Source: an uncultured delta proteobacterium
Lineage (GTDB): Bacteria; Desulfobacterota; Binatia; Binatales; Binataceae
NCBI GenBank assembly: GCA_963808235.1
Contig: CAWEEQ010000004.1
Span: 2,528,001-2,592,000, forward strand
Reading direction: 5' to 3'
DNA length: 64,000 bases
The notes beneath the pieces were generated by a model, which was not told the DNA's origin, did not search any database, and was given only the letters and a program-made list of their open reading frames with translations. The translations under genes were made by a program, and so were the position numbers. Positions 1 to 10,274 of this stretch are shown in pieces. Each line of letters starts with the position of its first letter. The first letter of the stretch is position 1.

Positions 1-745
1 CGGGTTCTTCGAGCGGCATCATGTGCGCGCCGTTATCAACAAGATGGATCTTCGCCCGGGGAATTCCTTTCCTGAATTCGTCGGCATAGACCGCCGGCAA
101 CAGCTTGTCGTCCTTGCCCCATACGATCAGCGTCGGCGCGGCGATTCGATGCAACCGTTTGCGCAGTCCCTTGTCCGGAATCGGCCACATGAACTTGCCG
201 GTGCATCCGAGCGCCCATGTGATTCGGATGAACCCTTCCTGGTCTTCGGGGTTCAAGGTGATCCTTTTCAGCGCTGGATGATGCTGATCCTTGAACAGGA
301 GCGCGGGCAAATCCAACTGCGGAGTGACGATGTAGTTGCGAATCGGCGAATCGTCGCGCCAGAGCCCGAGCGGACTTATCAGCGCGAGCTTGCCGACCCG
401 AGTCGGATCGGTCGCCGCGACTTCAGCCGCGATCATCCCGCCAAACGAATGACCCACCACCGCAGGCGACTTCAGCCCGAGCTTGTCGAACAAGTCGTAG
501 TAGTAGAGAACCAAATCCCAGATGTCGTCGAGCGCCTTGTACGCGTCCTCGTCACCCGAAGTGATCCCCGGATGCTCCGGCGCATACACCGCGAAGCTCT
601 TGCCGAGTTCGTCGAGCAGTTCGTTCTCGATTGGGCCGTAACCGCCGTGCAGATAGACGAGTGGCTCGCCGCTGCCGACGATCTTGACCTTGGGATGAAC
701 CTTGTCGCCCCATACGCTGACAGTCTTTTCTTTTGCAGCCGCCAT
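1..745 (-). CDS. alpha/beta-fold hydrolase (3' end runs off window)
   Basis: Not in ORF track; own translation from ATG 745: MAAAKEKTVSVWGDK...LVYLHGGYG...VVGHSFGGMIAAE...TLIVWGKDD...GAHMMPLEEP. Nucleophile elbow GHSFG plus Asp/His triad positions. Confidence 0.88.
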   Translation of the reverse strand, partial: MAAAKEKTVSVWGDKVHPKVKIVGSGEPLVYLHGGYGPIENELLDELGKSFAVYAPEHPGITSGDEDAYKALDDIWDLVLYYYDLFDKLGLKSPAVVGHSFGGMIAAEVAATDPTRVGKLALISPLGLWRDDSPIRNYIVTPQLDLPALLFKDQHHPALKRITLNPEDQEGFIRITWALGCTGKFMWPIPDKGLRKRLHRIAAPTLIVWGKDDKLLPAVYADEFRKGIPRAKIHLVDNGAHMMPLEEP

Positions 746-787
746 ATCAGGCAAGTCCTTGTCGAAGTTCCGATTGCGGGAAGCGGC

Positions 788-2050
788 TCATCGCGCCGCC
801 GCGTGCATTCCGTTCGAGGTCATCTGCTTGCGCGGACCGCGCAACGTCTCCGGCCACCACTTGTTTTCCCAATCACCGTCCCAAACGCCTTTGAAGTGCG
901 GCATCACCTCGCTGCAGAAGAGGTCAATGTTCTTGATCGTGAGATCGTGCGGCATCGAGCCGATATGCAGCAGCACCATCAGGTTGCCGACGCGAAGTTT
1001 CTTGACTGCCTCCATCAACTGTTGGCGCACAGTCGCCGGCGATCCCGCGATCACGAACTGGTTGTCGACGAAGTCTTTGTACTTCCAGTTCGGAATCTGG
1101 TTCATCATGTCGAACAACTGCGGGTTCAGCTTGGTGACGCTGTTGACCAGGCTCTTGTAGTCCTGGTTGCCGGCGACCGGGAAATACTCGGGCGCGATGT
1201 GCAGGCATTTGTCGTAAAAATATCGGATGTGGGGGTAGTAATCCTTCTCCGCTTGCGCGTCGGTCTCGGAAACGGCGACCAGCTGCAGGAATCCGGCGCG
1301 GTACGGATTCGGATCATGATTGCCCTTCGCAACGAAATCCCAGAACCCGTCCATCACGCGCTTGCCGAAATTATTTCCCCAATAAGAAAGGAAGCAGTAG
1401 CAGTGATTGTGCTTGGCGGAGAAATCCCAGGTGCTCAGGCTGCCGCTGCCCGGAATCCAAACCGGCGGATGCGGCTGCTGAATCGGGCGCGGCCACAAGT
1501 TCACCATCGGGAGTTTGAAGTACTTGCCGTTCCACGCGAAGATCTCGCGCGAGGTCCACGCCTTGAGAATGAGATCGTGCGCCTCGTAGTAACGCTCGCG
1601 CTGCTCGATCGGAGAGATTCCGTAGCAGAGGTTCACGTCCTGCGAAGTGCCAAGCGGCATCCCGGCGACCAGGCGGCCGCCGCTGATGCAATCGATCATG
1701 CCGTATTCTTCGGCGACGCGAATCGGCGGATTCGAGGTCGGCAACGTCGAGCCCATCTGCACGACTGCGACGTCAGTGCCGTTGGTGGCGCGGGCGAGAA
1801 TCGAGCCCATCAAGTCGGGATTGGGCATGAAGCCGTAGGCGTTCTGATGATGCTCGTTGACGCAGATGCCATCGATTCCCTTGTCGGCGGCATGAATCAG
1901 CTCGTCGAGCGTCCAGTTGTAGTATTGGCCGACCTTCTTCGAATCGGCGAGCTGATAGTACGGCGGATCGACCCAGACCGAGTGATAGTTCTGCTCGAAG
2001 TCCGCGGGCAGATCGCGATACGGCATCAGATGGAACATTGAGATCTTCAT
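788..2050 (-). CDS. LLM-class flavin-dependent oxidoreductase (luciferase-like)
   Basis: MKISMFHLMPY...NEHHQ...PIRVAEEYGMIDCISGGRL...WPRPIQQPHPPVW; start moved to ATG 2050. Confidence 0.92.
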   Translation of the reverse strand: MKISMFHLMPYRDLPADFEQNYHSVWVDPPYYQLADSKKVGQYYNWTLDELIHAADKGIDGICVNEHHQNAYGFMPNPDLMGSILARATNGTDVAVVQMGSTLPTSNPPIRVAEEYGMIDCISGGRLVAGMPLGTSQDVNLCYGISPIEQRERYYEAHDLILKAWTSREIFAWNGKYFKLPMVNLWPRPIQQPHPPVWIPGSGSLSTWDFSAKHNHCYCFLSYWGNNFGKRVMDGFWDFVAKGNHDPNPYRAGFLQLVAVSETDAQAEKDYYPHIRYFYDKCLHIAPEYFPVAGNQDYKSLVNSVTKLNPQLFDMMNQIPNWKYKDFVDNQFVIAGSPATVRQQLMEAVKKLRVGNLMVLLHIGSMPHDLTIKNIDLFCSEVMPHFKGVWDGDWENKWWPETLRGPRKQMTSNGMHAAAR

Positions 2051-2181
2051 CGTTGGCCTCCGGACACGCGTCGGCAGTTGTTTTTCCAATACCATGGTCA
2101 AAGAAAATCCCCAACGCCCGGCACGGGATGGACAAGCACGCCGCCGCCAGAAGAGAATTCGCGGTGATGGCGAAGTGGAGC

Positions 2182-3060
2182 ATGGCGAGATCGTTCGCGC
2201 GATGGCGCGATCTGAAACTGATCGCGAGCTGCGCCGCGATACTACTTTGCGCGAGCGCGGCGCGGGCTGACTTAAGTCAAAGATCGTTCGTGGGGAACTT
2301 TCTTGGCAACGACGCAATCCCTGAAAATTATTTCTCCATTTCGGGCAGCGTCGATCGGGCTCAGAATGGCGAGTCGCTCTATATCGAAAAAACTCTCTCG
2401 TCCGATTCCAGCCTGTCACTGTTCGCTGGTTATCAGCGACTCGAAGAGGAGGGAGAGACGGCCACCGGATGGAGCAACCTGAGTCTCGCGTATAAGCATC
2501 TGCTGATATCGCTACCGCGCCACGAGTTCGTACTCTCTATAAGTCCCGAGGCCGAGTTGCCGGTGGGCAGCCGCAGCGTCGGCTCGGAATCTCACGCACG
2601 CGCCGGCTTCGACGTGCTGTTCGCGAAGGGATTCGGCGACTTGGTGGATTCTGTCGCAATCCTCCGGCCCGCCGCAGTCGAGGGCGATTTATCGTGGGAA
2701 GGAAAGGTGACGGGCGCGCGCGACGACCTGGTATCGGCCAACGGCGAGATTGAGTATTCGATTGGCTATCTAGATGAGAACGTCGGGCGCTCTTCGTTCT
2801 CGCATGCGCTGCGCAATCTCACCCCGCACCTGGATTTCGATTACGCACAGTACATGAGCGCGCATCGCAACTCGACGGCGCCCGATTTCGAACTGACGCC
2901 TGCGATGGCGTGGCTCAATTCGACGATCGAGATAAACCTCGGCGTGCAGGTCGCGCTCAATCGTGCGTCCTCGGGTAGCGGCGCGGTCGCATTTGTCTGG
3001 CTGGTAGGAGTTTCCTTCGATCAGATCGTGCCGGCGCTCGGCTGGAAACCGTTTCGCTGA
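2182..3060 (+). CDS. secreted protein, probable outer-membrane beta-barrel/transporter-like
   Basis: Signal peptide ending AARA, GWSNLSLAYK...ELPVGS motif, alternating beta-strand pattern, C-terminal aromatic residue. Confidence 0.6.
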   Translation: MARSFARWRDLKLIASCAAILLCASAARADLSQRSFVGNFLGNDAIPENYFSISGSVDRAQNGESLYIEKTLSSDSSLSLFAGYQRLEEEGETATGWSNLSLAYKHLLISLPRHEFVLSISPEAELPVGSRSVGSESHARAGFDVLFAKGFGDLVDSVAILRPAAVEGDLSWEGKVTGARDDLVSANGEIEYSIGYLDENVGRSSFSHALRNLTPHLDFDYAQYMSAHRNSTAPDFELTPAMAWLNSTIEINLGVQVALNRASSGSGAVAFVWLVGVSFDQIVPALGWKPFR

Positions 3061-3106
3061 TGGAAGAAAAGGCATACGAGTAAGGCTGAATCCGGGGAGA
3101 GAGATT

Positions 3107-4352
3107 ATGGAATCGTGGTTCAACAAGGCAAGATTCGGGATGTTCATCCATTGGGGGCATTGCAGCCAGCGCGGGCTCGAGCTGTCGTGGCCGCTGGTCG
3201 GAGGGGTCGGCGCGCTGCCAAACTCGCAGAGTGTCTCGGTGGAGGAATATCACTCGACTGCAAAGACCTTTAATCCGGAAAAGTGGGATGCTCGCTCGCT
3301 CGCGCGGATGGCGAAGCGGGCTGGGATGCAATATGCAGTTCTGACTAGTAAGCATCACGACGGTTTCTCGATGTTCCACACGAAGCATTCTGACTATTCG
3401 ATTGAGTATTCGCCTTTCAAGCGCGATATAGTCCGCGAATACACAGATGCGTTTCGCGCCGAGGGATTAAAGGTCGGCCTCTATTACTCACTTATCGATT
3501 GGCATCATCCTGACTATCCAGCGTTTCAGGAATCGGACAAGCCGTACAAGTGGGGTAACTGGCGCCGCTCGACGCCGGAGAATTGGGATCGGTTTATCAA
3601 GTTCATGTTCGCGCAGATGCGCGAGCTGCTGACCAACTACGGCAAAGATCGATCTGCTCTGGTTCGACGGCGGCTGGGAGCGCACGCCCGAGGAATGGAA
3701 ATCGCGCGAGTTCGTCGAGATGATTCATTCGCTACAGCCCGAAGTGGTGATCAATGATCGCATCCCCGGTTACGGCGACTATCAAACGCCCGAGCAGGCG
3801 GTGCCGCCGCAACCTCCGAGCGGGCCGTGGGAGACATGCCTCACGATCAACAATAGCTGGGGCTACAATCCGTCGGACAAGAATCTGAAATCGACGCGGT
3901 CGCTGATTCATACGCTGTGCGAGGTCGCCGGCAAGGGCGGCAACCTGCTGCTCAACGTGAGTCCGATGGGCGACGGCGCGTTACCGCCGGAGCACGTCGA
4001 GCGGCTCGAGCAGATCGGCGACTGGTTCGCGCGCAACGGCGAAGCAATCGTCGGTACCGAGCCGGGACTCGAGCCGTGGCAGTTCTATGGACCGTCGACG
4101 CGCCGCGGAAATCGCGTCTATCTGCATCTGGTGATGAAGCCCTACGAATCGATCTCGGTGCGTGGGGTGAAAGTGCGGCGGGTCGGCGAGGTGCGTCCGC
4201 TCTCGAGCGCGATGCCACTCAAAGTACGGCGCCGAATCGCTGCGGCCGACACGTTGTTCAATCGGGATCCGATTGGCGAGCTGGTGATAGAGACGCCGGA
4301 CAGCGCCCTCGATTCGATCGCGACGATCATCGCGGTGGATTTCAGGGAGTAA
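3107..4352 (+). CDS. alpha-L-fucosidase (GH29), split by an extra A at 3644-3646
   Basis: WF..ARFGMFIHWG, KHHDGF, YYSL.DW. Removing one A gives YGKIDLLWFDGGW (nucleophile) and joins ORF 3720..4352 (VINDR, WETC, GNLLLNV). Confidence 0.9.
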
Positions 4353-4362
4353 CGCGCCGCAA

Positions 4363-5607
4363 TCAAGTTTCCCACTCGGCGAGCAGGCTGAGCGGTCCGC
4401 GAAACGAGGTGTTCGGGAGAAATCGCAGCGTCTGACCCACCACCAGACGCATGCTCGGATACCGGGCGCTAATTTCCTCGAGCACGATGCGCGCTTCGAG
4501 ACGGGCGAGCGGCGCACCGAGACAGAAATGCGCACCGTGTCCGAATGCCAGATGCTCGCCCGCGTTAGCGCGATGGATATCGAAGCGTTCCGGATCTTCG
4601 AAGATTGCGGGATCGCGATTCGCCGATCCGATCAGCAATAGCAGATTCGAATTGGCGGGAATCGCGACGCCTCCGATCTCGACCGGCTGGGTCGTCTTGC
4701 GACGCCATGCGATCACCGAAGAATCGTAGCGCAGAACTTCTTCGACAGCGTTTGGAATCAGTTGCGGACCGGAGCAGATCTCATTCCACGCGATGCGATC
4801 GGTGAGCATCCGGCGGAAAGCATTTCCGAGCAGACTGGTCGTAGTCTCGTGACCGGCGAGCAGCAGGCCGAAAATGACGGTGGTAACTTCGTGACGAGTG
4901 AGCGCGGGCAAGTCGCCGTCGCGGGCGAGCAGCAGGTCGCTGGTGAAGTCGTCGCGCGGCTCGACACTGCGCGCATCGACCATCGCTTGCGCGTAATTCC
5001 AGAAAGTCGCCATCCCGCGCGCGAGATCGATCTGCTGTTCGGTGCTCGGATGCCCGAACATAAAGAGGAGACGGCTTTCCGCGCCGGCCTTGACGCGAGG
5101 AACGTCATCGTCGGGAACGCCGAGCACTCGGAAGATAACCAGCGCGGGCAGTTCCCAGGCGAGATCGCCAATCAAATCCGCGCGGCCGCTCGTGAAGCGC
5201 TCGCGGGTGAATCGAGCCGTGAGGTCGCGAACGAAGGATTCCATCACCGCAACCCGGCGCGGCGTAAAGGCGACATTCGCCAGGCGGCGGACGCGGGTGT
5301 GCGCGGGAGGATCGGCGTTGGTGAGGACCGGGTCGGCGTTGAAACGCCCTTGCGCCAGAATGGTTTGCGCTTGCGGGCAGACCGGCTTGATCGGCGAAAG
5401 CGCATTCGCCGCCGAGAAGAGTCGCGGAGTCTGAAACACGCGCCTCACGTCGGCGTAGCGGGTGACGATCCAATAGTCGAGCTTGGGACTGAAAAAGACC
5501 GGAGCCGCCGGACGAGCCTCGGCGAAGAGGAGATACGGATCGGCGAGATAAGGATCGCGAAACGGATCGAATCGCGATGCGAGTTCGTCGGCGTCGTTCG
5601 TATGCAT
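4363..5607 (-). CDS. cytochrome P450
   Basis: AGHETT I-helix, EEVLR (ExxR), FGHGAHFCLG heme ligand. Confidence 0.97.
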   Translation of the reverse strand: MHTNDADELASRFDPFRDPYLADPYLLFAEARPAAPVFFSPKLDYWIVTRYADVRRVFQTPRLFSAANALSPIKPVCPQAQTILAQGRFNADPVLTNADPPAHTRVRRLANVAFTPRRVAVMESFVRDLTARFTRERFTSGRADLIGDLAWELPALVIFRVLGVPDDDVPRVKAGAESRLLFMFGHPSTEQQIDLARGMATFWNYAQAMVDARSVEPRDDFTSDLLLARDGDLPALTRHEVTTVIFGLLLAGHETTTSLLGNAFRRMLTDRIAWNEICSGPQLIPNAVEEVLRYDSSVIAWRRKTTQPVEIGGVAIPANSNLLLLIGSANRDPAIFEDPERFDIHRANAGEHLAFGHGAHFCLGAPLARLEARIVLEEISARYPSMRLVVGQTLRFLPNTSFRGPLSLLAEWET

Positions 5608-5640
5608 CGTGGACTCCGCTCAGTCGAAAAAAAGACTAAA

Positions 5641-8154
5641 TCATGGGGCGGCGGTGAAGCTCCAGCTATACGGTTTGCCGTTGACGGTCATCGCGACGCG
5701 ATAGCTCTCTCCGATGGCGAGCGGGTTTCGCACGATCATCACCACCTCGCCGAAAGAGTCGAGGGCCTGGCGACCCTTCGCTTGGGTGACGCTGTCGGGA
5801 TTGGTGTAGCCGTCGCTGTCGTAAGCGCAGGTCTCGATCCTGGCGCCGGCCGCGTCGCCAGTAGTCTGAGTGAGCGATGCGCCGGTAACTTTTGCGGGCA
5901 CGTGCATCCCAAGCTGCAAGGTGATCGCAAGTGCGAGCGTCGAGTAGCCGTTGCATGCCGATAGTGGATCGGGCCATTCACCTTTAAACTCGCGCGGCTT
6001 GATCGTCACCCCGTCGGGCGGAACCTCGATCGGCTCGGCGAATTGGCGGCCACCGTAAGGCCCGAGCGTCAAATCGCTGACGACATTGAGCGCCGCGACG
6101 CATACGGTTCCCGCGCAATACTCGGCGAAGCCTACTTGTCGAAGTTCAGGATTCACGATCGGCGCGCGATGGAACGGCCCTGAAATCCACCACTCGATCG
6201 CCTTTGCCATGCGCTCAGCCTCGCTGCGGTTGATTCGCGATTGATACATCACGTCGCTCGCGCGCCCGGCCTTGAGGCCTTCAGGCGAATAGCCGGGCTT
6301 CGACTCGTCCTCGGTGTGGAGCAGGACTCCGATATTCACGCCTTTGCTGAGCATCGGTTGATAGTTCGTCACTAGATACTTTGCGTGGGCAAGATCGCCG
6401 CGGCTCAGAATCGGATCTTCCGCGACCGGCGGCACATTTAGGCGCGCTCGGTATGCGTTTAGAACTGTCAACCAATTCATGCTGGTGCTCGAGGTGCCGG
6501 CACTTTCTTCAGGCGTCGGCGCCGACGGTGGAATCGTATCGTCGCGATCGATTGACGCGATGGACGGCCCTCGCGCTTCCGGGATCGCGCGATGCGAAGG
6601 TCTCGCGATTCGCGGCGCACGCGGTGACGCAGCGATCGCCGGCTTGATCTCGGCTACGGAGACAGGCGCGGCGATTGGCAACGGCGTCGCGGAGACGGGA
6701 AACTTCGCGATCGCGGCAAAGGTCGAGGCGGTCGCCGCTGCGGTGAAGTTCCACGCATAGGTTTGGTCGTTCGCGATGATCGAGACCGTGTAACGAGAGC
6801 CGGGCTTAAGCGGCGCGCGCGGAACGATCACCACCGCGCCACTGTTGCGAAGATTCCAGCGACCGTATTCCTGGCCGGCAGGATTTTCATTCAGGTAGCT
6901 CTTCGCGTCGAAAGCGCAATGCTCGACCGGCTTGCCATTCTCCATCAACGAGTGCGCGGAAAACCCGGTCTCCACCCGCCGGCCAAGCTGCACAGTGATC
7001 GGAAGTCCCGCCGGCCGCTCGTAGCCGGGGCAGCTTGCGAGCGGATCGGGCGAATCGAGACTGATCCAATCGAGCGCCATGCTCGCGCCGTCGGGCGGAA
7101 ATTCAACGGCGCGCGCGTACGGCTTCACTTCCTCGGCGGGCGGCGGCAATAGAATCGCGGCCACCCAGCATCCGTTGCTCATCGCTTCGCCGAAGCCGGC
7201 CTCGCTCAGAAAAGGATTGAGCATCGCGAGGCGATGCAGCGGCGCCGAAATCCAATGATCGATCTGCGATGCTGCGTCGTACGGAGTGCATCCCCACGCC
7301 AGCTGAACGTTTTGCGCCGCCGTCGCGCCGGTCGCAGTGTAACCGCTCTTGCCGGCATCCTCCTCGTACGCCGCGCTGGACAACGGCTTCGCGCCGCGGA
7401 TCTCATCGGCGAAATTGGCCAGCAGATAGTGCGCGTGCGCGACTACGCTCGCACTCAGCTCAGGATTGTCGTGAATCTCGGCGACCCCCACGCCTGCGCG
7501 GTAGAAGTTGATTCGATCGAGCCATGCCGTCGGCGACGTCGGCGGAGAGGCGGATACATTCAGCGTCGGAGCGGAGCTGCCGGCTAAATGAATTGCCGCG
7601 GACACATTGGTCGCGCCTGCAATTGACGCAGGCCGAGTCGGGGCGTTCGCCAATGCGGGCTTCGGCACATCGACACGCTTCGCAGCAGTACGCGGCTGCG
7701 TCAATGCAGCAATCTCGGTGAGCGTCGCGAGGGAAAACAGATTCAATTTCGCAAAATGATCTACCAAACCGATCACGAAGATTGCCGCGATGACGGCGAG
7801 CGCGCGCAGGAGGTGGCGCTCGTGCCGGCGTCTCAGCGCGTCGGGATCGATAAATCGATACGGCACCCCGCCGCCGAAACGGAGATTGTCGCCGTGCTTG
7901 AGCGGTTGCGTCCGGCGAATCCGTCGGCCGTTGAGAAACGTTCCACCCACGGATTTGAGATCGGACACGTAATAGCGCCCGCGGGCGTATCGAATGACCG
8001 CATGGCGATCCGCGACGCTCGGGTCGGCGACCTGCAAACCCAATCCGCCGGTCTTGCCGACTGTCGCATCGTCGCGACCGAGGAGGAGCAGCCGAGTGCC
8101 TACTGCCTCGCGATCCACGGCCAGCAGACGTGCAGGCTGCGGTCTCTTCAACAC
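5641..8154 (-). CDS. FHA domain + TM helix + two CAP(SCP)-like/beta-sandwich modules
   Basis: FHA-like (VADRHAVI...DLKSVGGTFLNG), hydrophobic helix, then twice [N.YRA..G...HA.YL...W...P.HR...NP.L...GF...PPDG...DPL..C.GY...W.F]. Confidence 0.82.
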   Translation of the reverse strand: MLKRPQPARLLAVDREAVGTRLLLLGRDDATVGKTGGLGLQVADPSVADRHAVIRYARGRYYVSDLKSVGGTFLNGRRIRRTQPLKHGDNLRFGGGVPYRFIDPDALRRRHERHLLRALAVIAAIFVIGLVDHFAKLNLFSLATLTEIAALTQPRTAAKRVDVPKPALANAPTRPASIAGATNVSAAIHLAGSSAPTLNVSASPPTSPTAWLDRINFYRAGVGVAEIHDNPELSASVVAHAHYLLANFADEIRGAKPLSSAAYEEDAGKSGYTATGATAAQNVQLAWGCTPYDAASQIDHWISAPLHRLAMLNPFLSEAGFGEAMSNGCWVAAILLPPPAEEVKPYARAVEFPPDGASMALDWISLDSPDPLASCPGYERPAGLPITVQLGRRVETGFSAHSLMENGKPVEHCAFDAKSYLNENPAGQEYGRWNLRNSGAVVIVPRAPLKPGSRYTVSIIANDQTYAWNFTAAATASTFAAIAKFPVSATPLPIAAPVSVAEIKPAIAASPRAPRIARPSHRAIPEARGPSIASIDRDDTIPPSAPTPEESAGTSSTSMNWLTVLNAYRARLNVPPVAEDPILSRGDLAHAKYLVTNYQPMLSKGVNIGVLLHTEDESKPGYSPEGLKAGRASDVMYQSRINRSEAERMAKAIEWWISGPFHRAPIVNPELRQVGFAEYCAGTVCVAALNVVSDLTLGPYGGRQFAEPIEVPPDGVTIKPREFKGEWPDPLSACNGYSTLALAITLQLGMHVPAKVTGASLTQTTGDAAGARIETCAYDSDGYTNPDSVTQAKGRQALDSFGEVVMIVRNPLAIGESYRVAMTVNGKPYSWSFTAAP

Positions 8155-8218
8155 CAGAGGCTACTCACTTGCAGATCGCTCATAATTCCAGCGCTCGACA
8201 AAATTCATCCGCCGCTCT

Positions 8219-8692
8219 TCAGAACACGAAGGCATTACCTTTCGAGGCAGGCGGCGACGACACAGTATTGTCTGAAGGGGTAGTCGCTGAGGGAGTAGTC
8301 GCTGACGGTGTTTCGGTGCAGTACGGGGCGAGGCCGGTTGCGCCGCTCGCCGCGCGCTCGGCCAGCATCTTTTGGAGATCGCTTTGGCAGTTATTTTGTC
8401 CGATTTGATAGTAGCGATATCGGTAGGCTTTGAGCGGAGGAACCGGTGGCTCGACCAGGATTGGCCCGCCCATCTTCGATGCTTCCTCGGGCGTGTAGCC
8501 CATCTCGGTCGGGGTCGGAGGCTCAGGGGGTTTTTTGGATTGCCAGATCGGCAGGCCCGGAACGCCCACCGATTGCAGGTTGCCGTGCGGATCCTCAGTC
8601 CACTCGAAACAACCGAGAAGTGCGCAACAGCAGACCGCCACCACCACCAGCAGCCAGCGTCTCACTACAATCGTCTCCCCGCCTTCACTCAT
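8219..8692 (-). CDS. putative lipoprotein
   Basis: Hydrophobic N-terminus with LLGC lipobox, Pro/Thr-rich tail; lies between the two FHA-CAP genes. Confidence 0.65.
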   Translation of the reverse strand: MSEGGETIVVRRWLLVVVAVCCCALLGCFEWTEDPHGNLQSVGVPGLPIWQSKKPPEPPTPTEMGYTPEEASKMGGPILVEPPVPPLKAYRYRYYQIGQNNCQSDLQKMLAERAASGATGLAPYCTETPSATTPSATTPSDNTVSSPPASKGNAFVF

Positions 8693-8743
8693 CGCGAGAG
8701 AAATAGAACTCCCGCTAACGATCAGTTAGCGAGAGGAACTAAA

Positions 8744-10270
8744 TCATGGACGGATAGAAAAAGTCCAGTCGTACCGCTTTCCGTTGGCGGTCATCGAAAC
8801 GGCGTACCTGGCGCCCTGGTCGAGTGGCTTGCGCGGAACCACGACGACGGTGGCGTTGCTTCTCAAAACATTGCGTCCCAGTTGTTGTGAGTAAGCGTCG
8901 GGATTCGAGTAGCTAATCGAATCGAAACCGCATGCGTCGAGTGCGGTGCGGCTGCCGTCTGCATTTTCACGACTGACTGAGTATTCGCCAATATGAGTAT
9001 CCATGTCCGAACCGAGCTGAAGTGTAATAGCCAGTCCGCTAGGCGGTTCGTAGCCGGGGCAGCTGGTGAGAGGATCGGGCCATTCGTTGGCGAACGATCT
9101 CATCGCGATCGTCGCGCCGTCGGGCGGAAACTCGATCGGCGCGAGCGCAACATCGGAAGGAATTCTCCGCCGCGAGCCATTCAACAAGTTGAGACCCGCG
9201 GCGCAGGCTCCCGATTCGCAGAACATCCCGAAGCCGGCGCTTGCGAGCCGGGGATTGAGCAACGGCATGCGATGGAACGGTAACGACATCCATCCGTCGA
9301 TCGACCATTCGGGCGATCCCGGCGCGCGCTCCGCAGTCCATTCGTCAGGATCGGTCGCGCCGGCGCCGCCGGAGTCTTCCGAGCCGCGCGCCATGTACCA
9401 TACATCCATGACGCTGCCCCTGGCAGCTTTAAATCCCTCCGGCGTGAACCCGGGACTCGCGCGATCTTCAGTGTGCATCTCAGCGCCGAGACCGTCATGC
9501 TCGATCTTGTTGCGGTCATTCTTGACCAGATAAGTCGCGTGCGCGAGATCACCCTTGCTGAGCTCCGGGTCCTCGACTAGCGGCTGCAACTTGGCCATCG
9601 CTCGGTAGTAATTCACTCGCCGGAGCCAGCCGGGTTGGTCAGGCGGGGGAATCTCGGCCGGCGCCGGTGTTGAGTCTCCCTTCGCGACCAGATTGGTAGA
9701 TTTCGATTCGGCCGGGTTGGCGGACGGCTGCTTGGAATTGGCCACCGATGGCGCCGAACTCGGTTGACGGGTAGAAATCCACGCGACGATTGCCGACGAC
9801 GCGGGGCCAATCTCATTTCGATATCGAATTGCGGCGAATCCCAGGACGAACATCGCAGCCAGGAATATCAGCGTGCGCGTAAATCGTCCGGAGGACCGAG
9901 CCGGACTCAACACAGATGTGGCAGAATCAGTACCGGCGACGAAAGCATAGCGGGCAGAGCCGAATTTGATCTCGTCGCCGCGTTTGAGCGCGATCGGAGA
10001 TCGCACTCGTGCACCGTTGACGAACGTTCCGTTAGTTGATCCTAGATCGGCCAGTTCGAATTTTTCACGTTTGTGCGTAATGGTTGCGTGACGGCGCGAA
10101 ACGGTAGTGTCTTTGACGACGACATCGTTCGAGGGATGGCTGCCTATAGTAATGGTCGACTTATCGAGTTGGTATTCGCGCTGATCGGAACTGCCTATCG
10201 AAATGAGACGAGCTTTTGCAGTTGCAGAATCGCTTGAGTTGTCGCGTGTTGCATTCTGCTCGGACGCCAT
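8744..10270 (-). CDS. FHA domain + TM helix + one CAP(SCP)-like/beta-sandwich module
   Basis: FHA motifs VSRRHA and DLGSTNGTFVNG, TM helix, VNYYRAMAKL, WMSLPFHR, EFPPDG...WPDPL.SCPGY. Confidence 0.88.
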   Translation of the reverse strand: MASEQNATRDNSSDSATAKARLISIGSSDQREYQLDKSTITIGSHPSNDVVVKDTTVSRRHATITHKREKFELADLGSTNGTFVNGARVRSPIALKRGDEIKFGSARYAFVAGTDSATSVLSPARSSGRFTRTLIFLAAMFVLGFAAIRYRNEIGPASSAIVAWISTRQPSSAPSVANSKQPSANPAESKSTNLVAKGDSTPAPAEIPPPDQPGWLRRVNYYRAMAKLQPLVEDPELSKGDLAHATYLVKNDRNKIEHDGLGAEMHTEDRASPGFTPEGFKAARGSVMDVWYMARGSEDSGGAGATDPDEWTAERAPGSPEWSIDGWMSLPFHRMPLLNPRLASAGFGMFCESGACAAGLNLLNGSRRRIPSDVALAPIEFPPDGATIAMRSFANEWPDPLTSCPGYEPPSGLAITLQLGSDMDTHIGEYSVSRENADGSRTALDACGFDSISYSNPDAYSQQLGRNVLRSNATVVVVPRKPLDQGARYAVSMTANGKRYDWTFSIRP

Positions 10271-10274
10271 CGGC

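Noticed and set aside
23-2041. 672-aa plus-strand ORF, and similar long ORFs at 4762..5964, 32549..33853, 41110..42126, 43817..44872, 45856..47505
   Set aside because: Antisense shadows of well-supported genes in high-GC DNA; no motifs.
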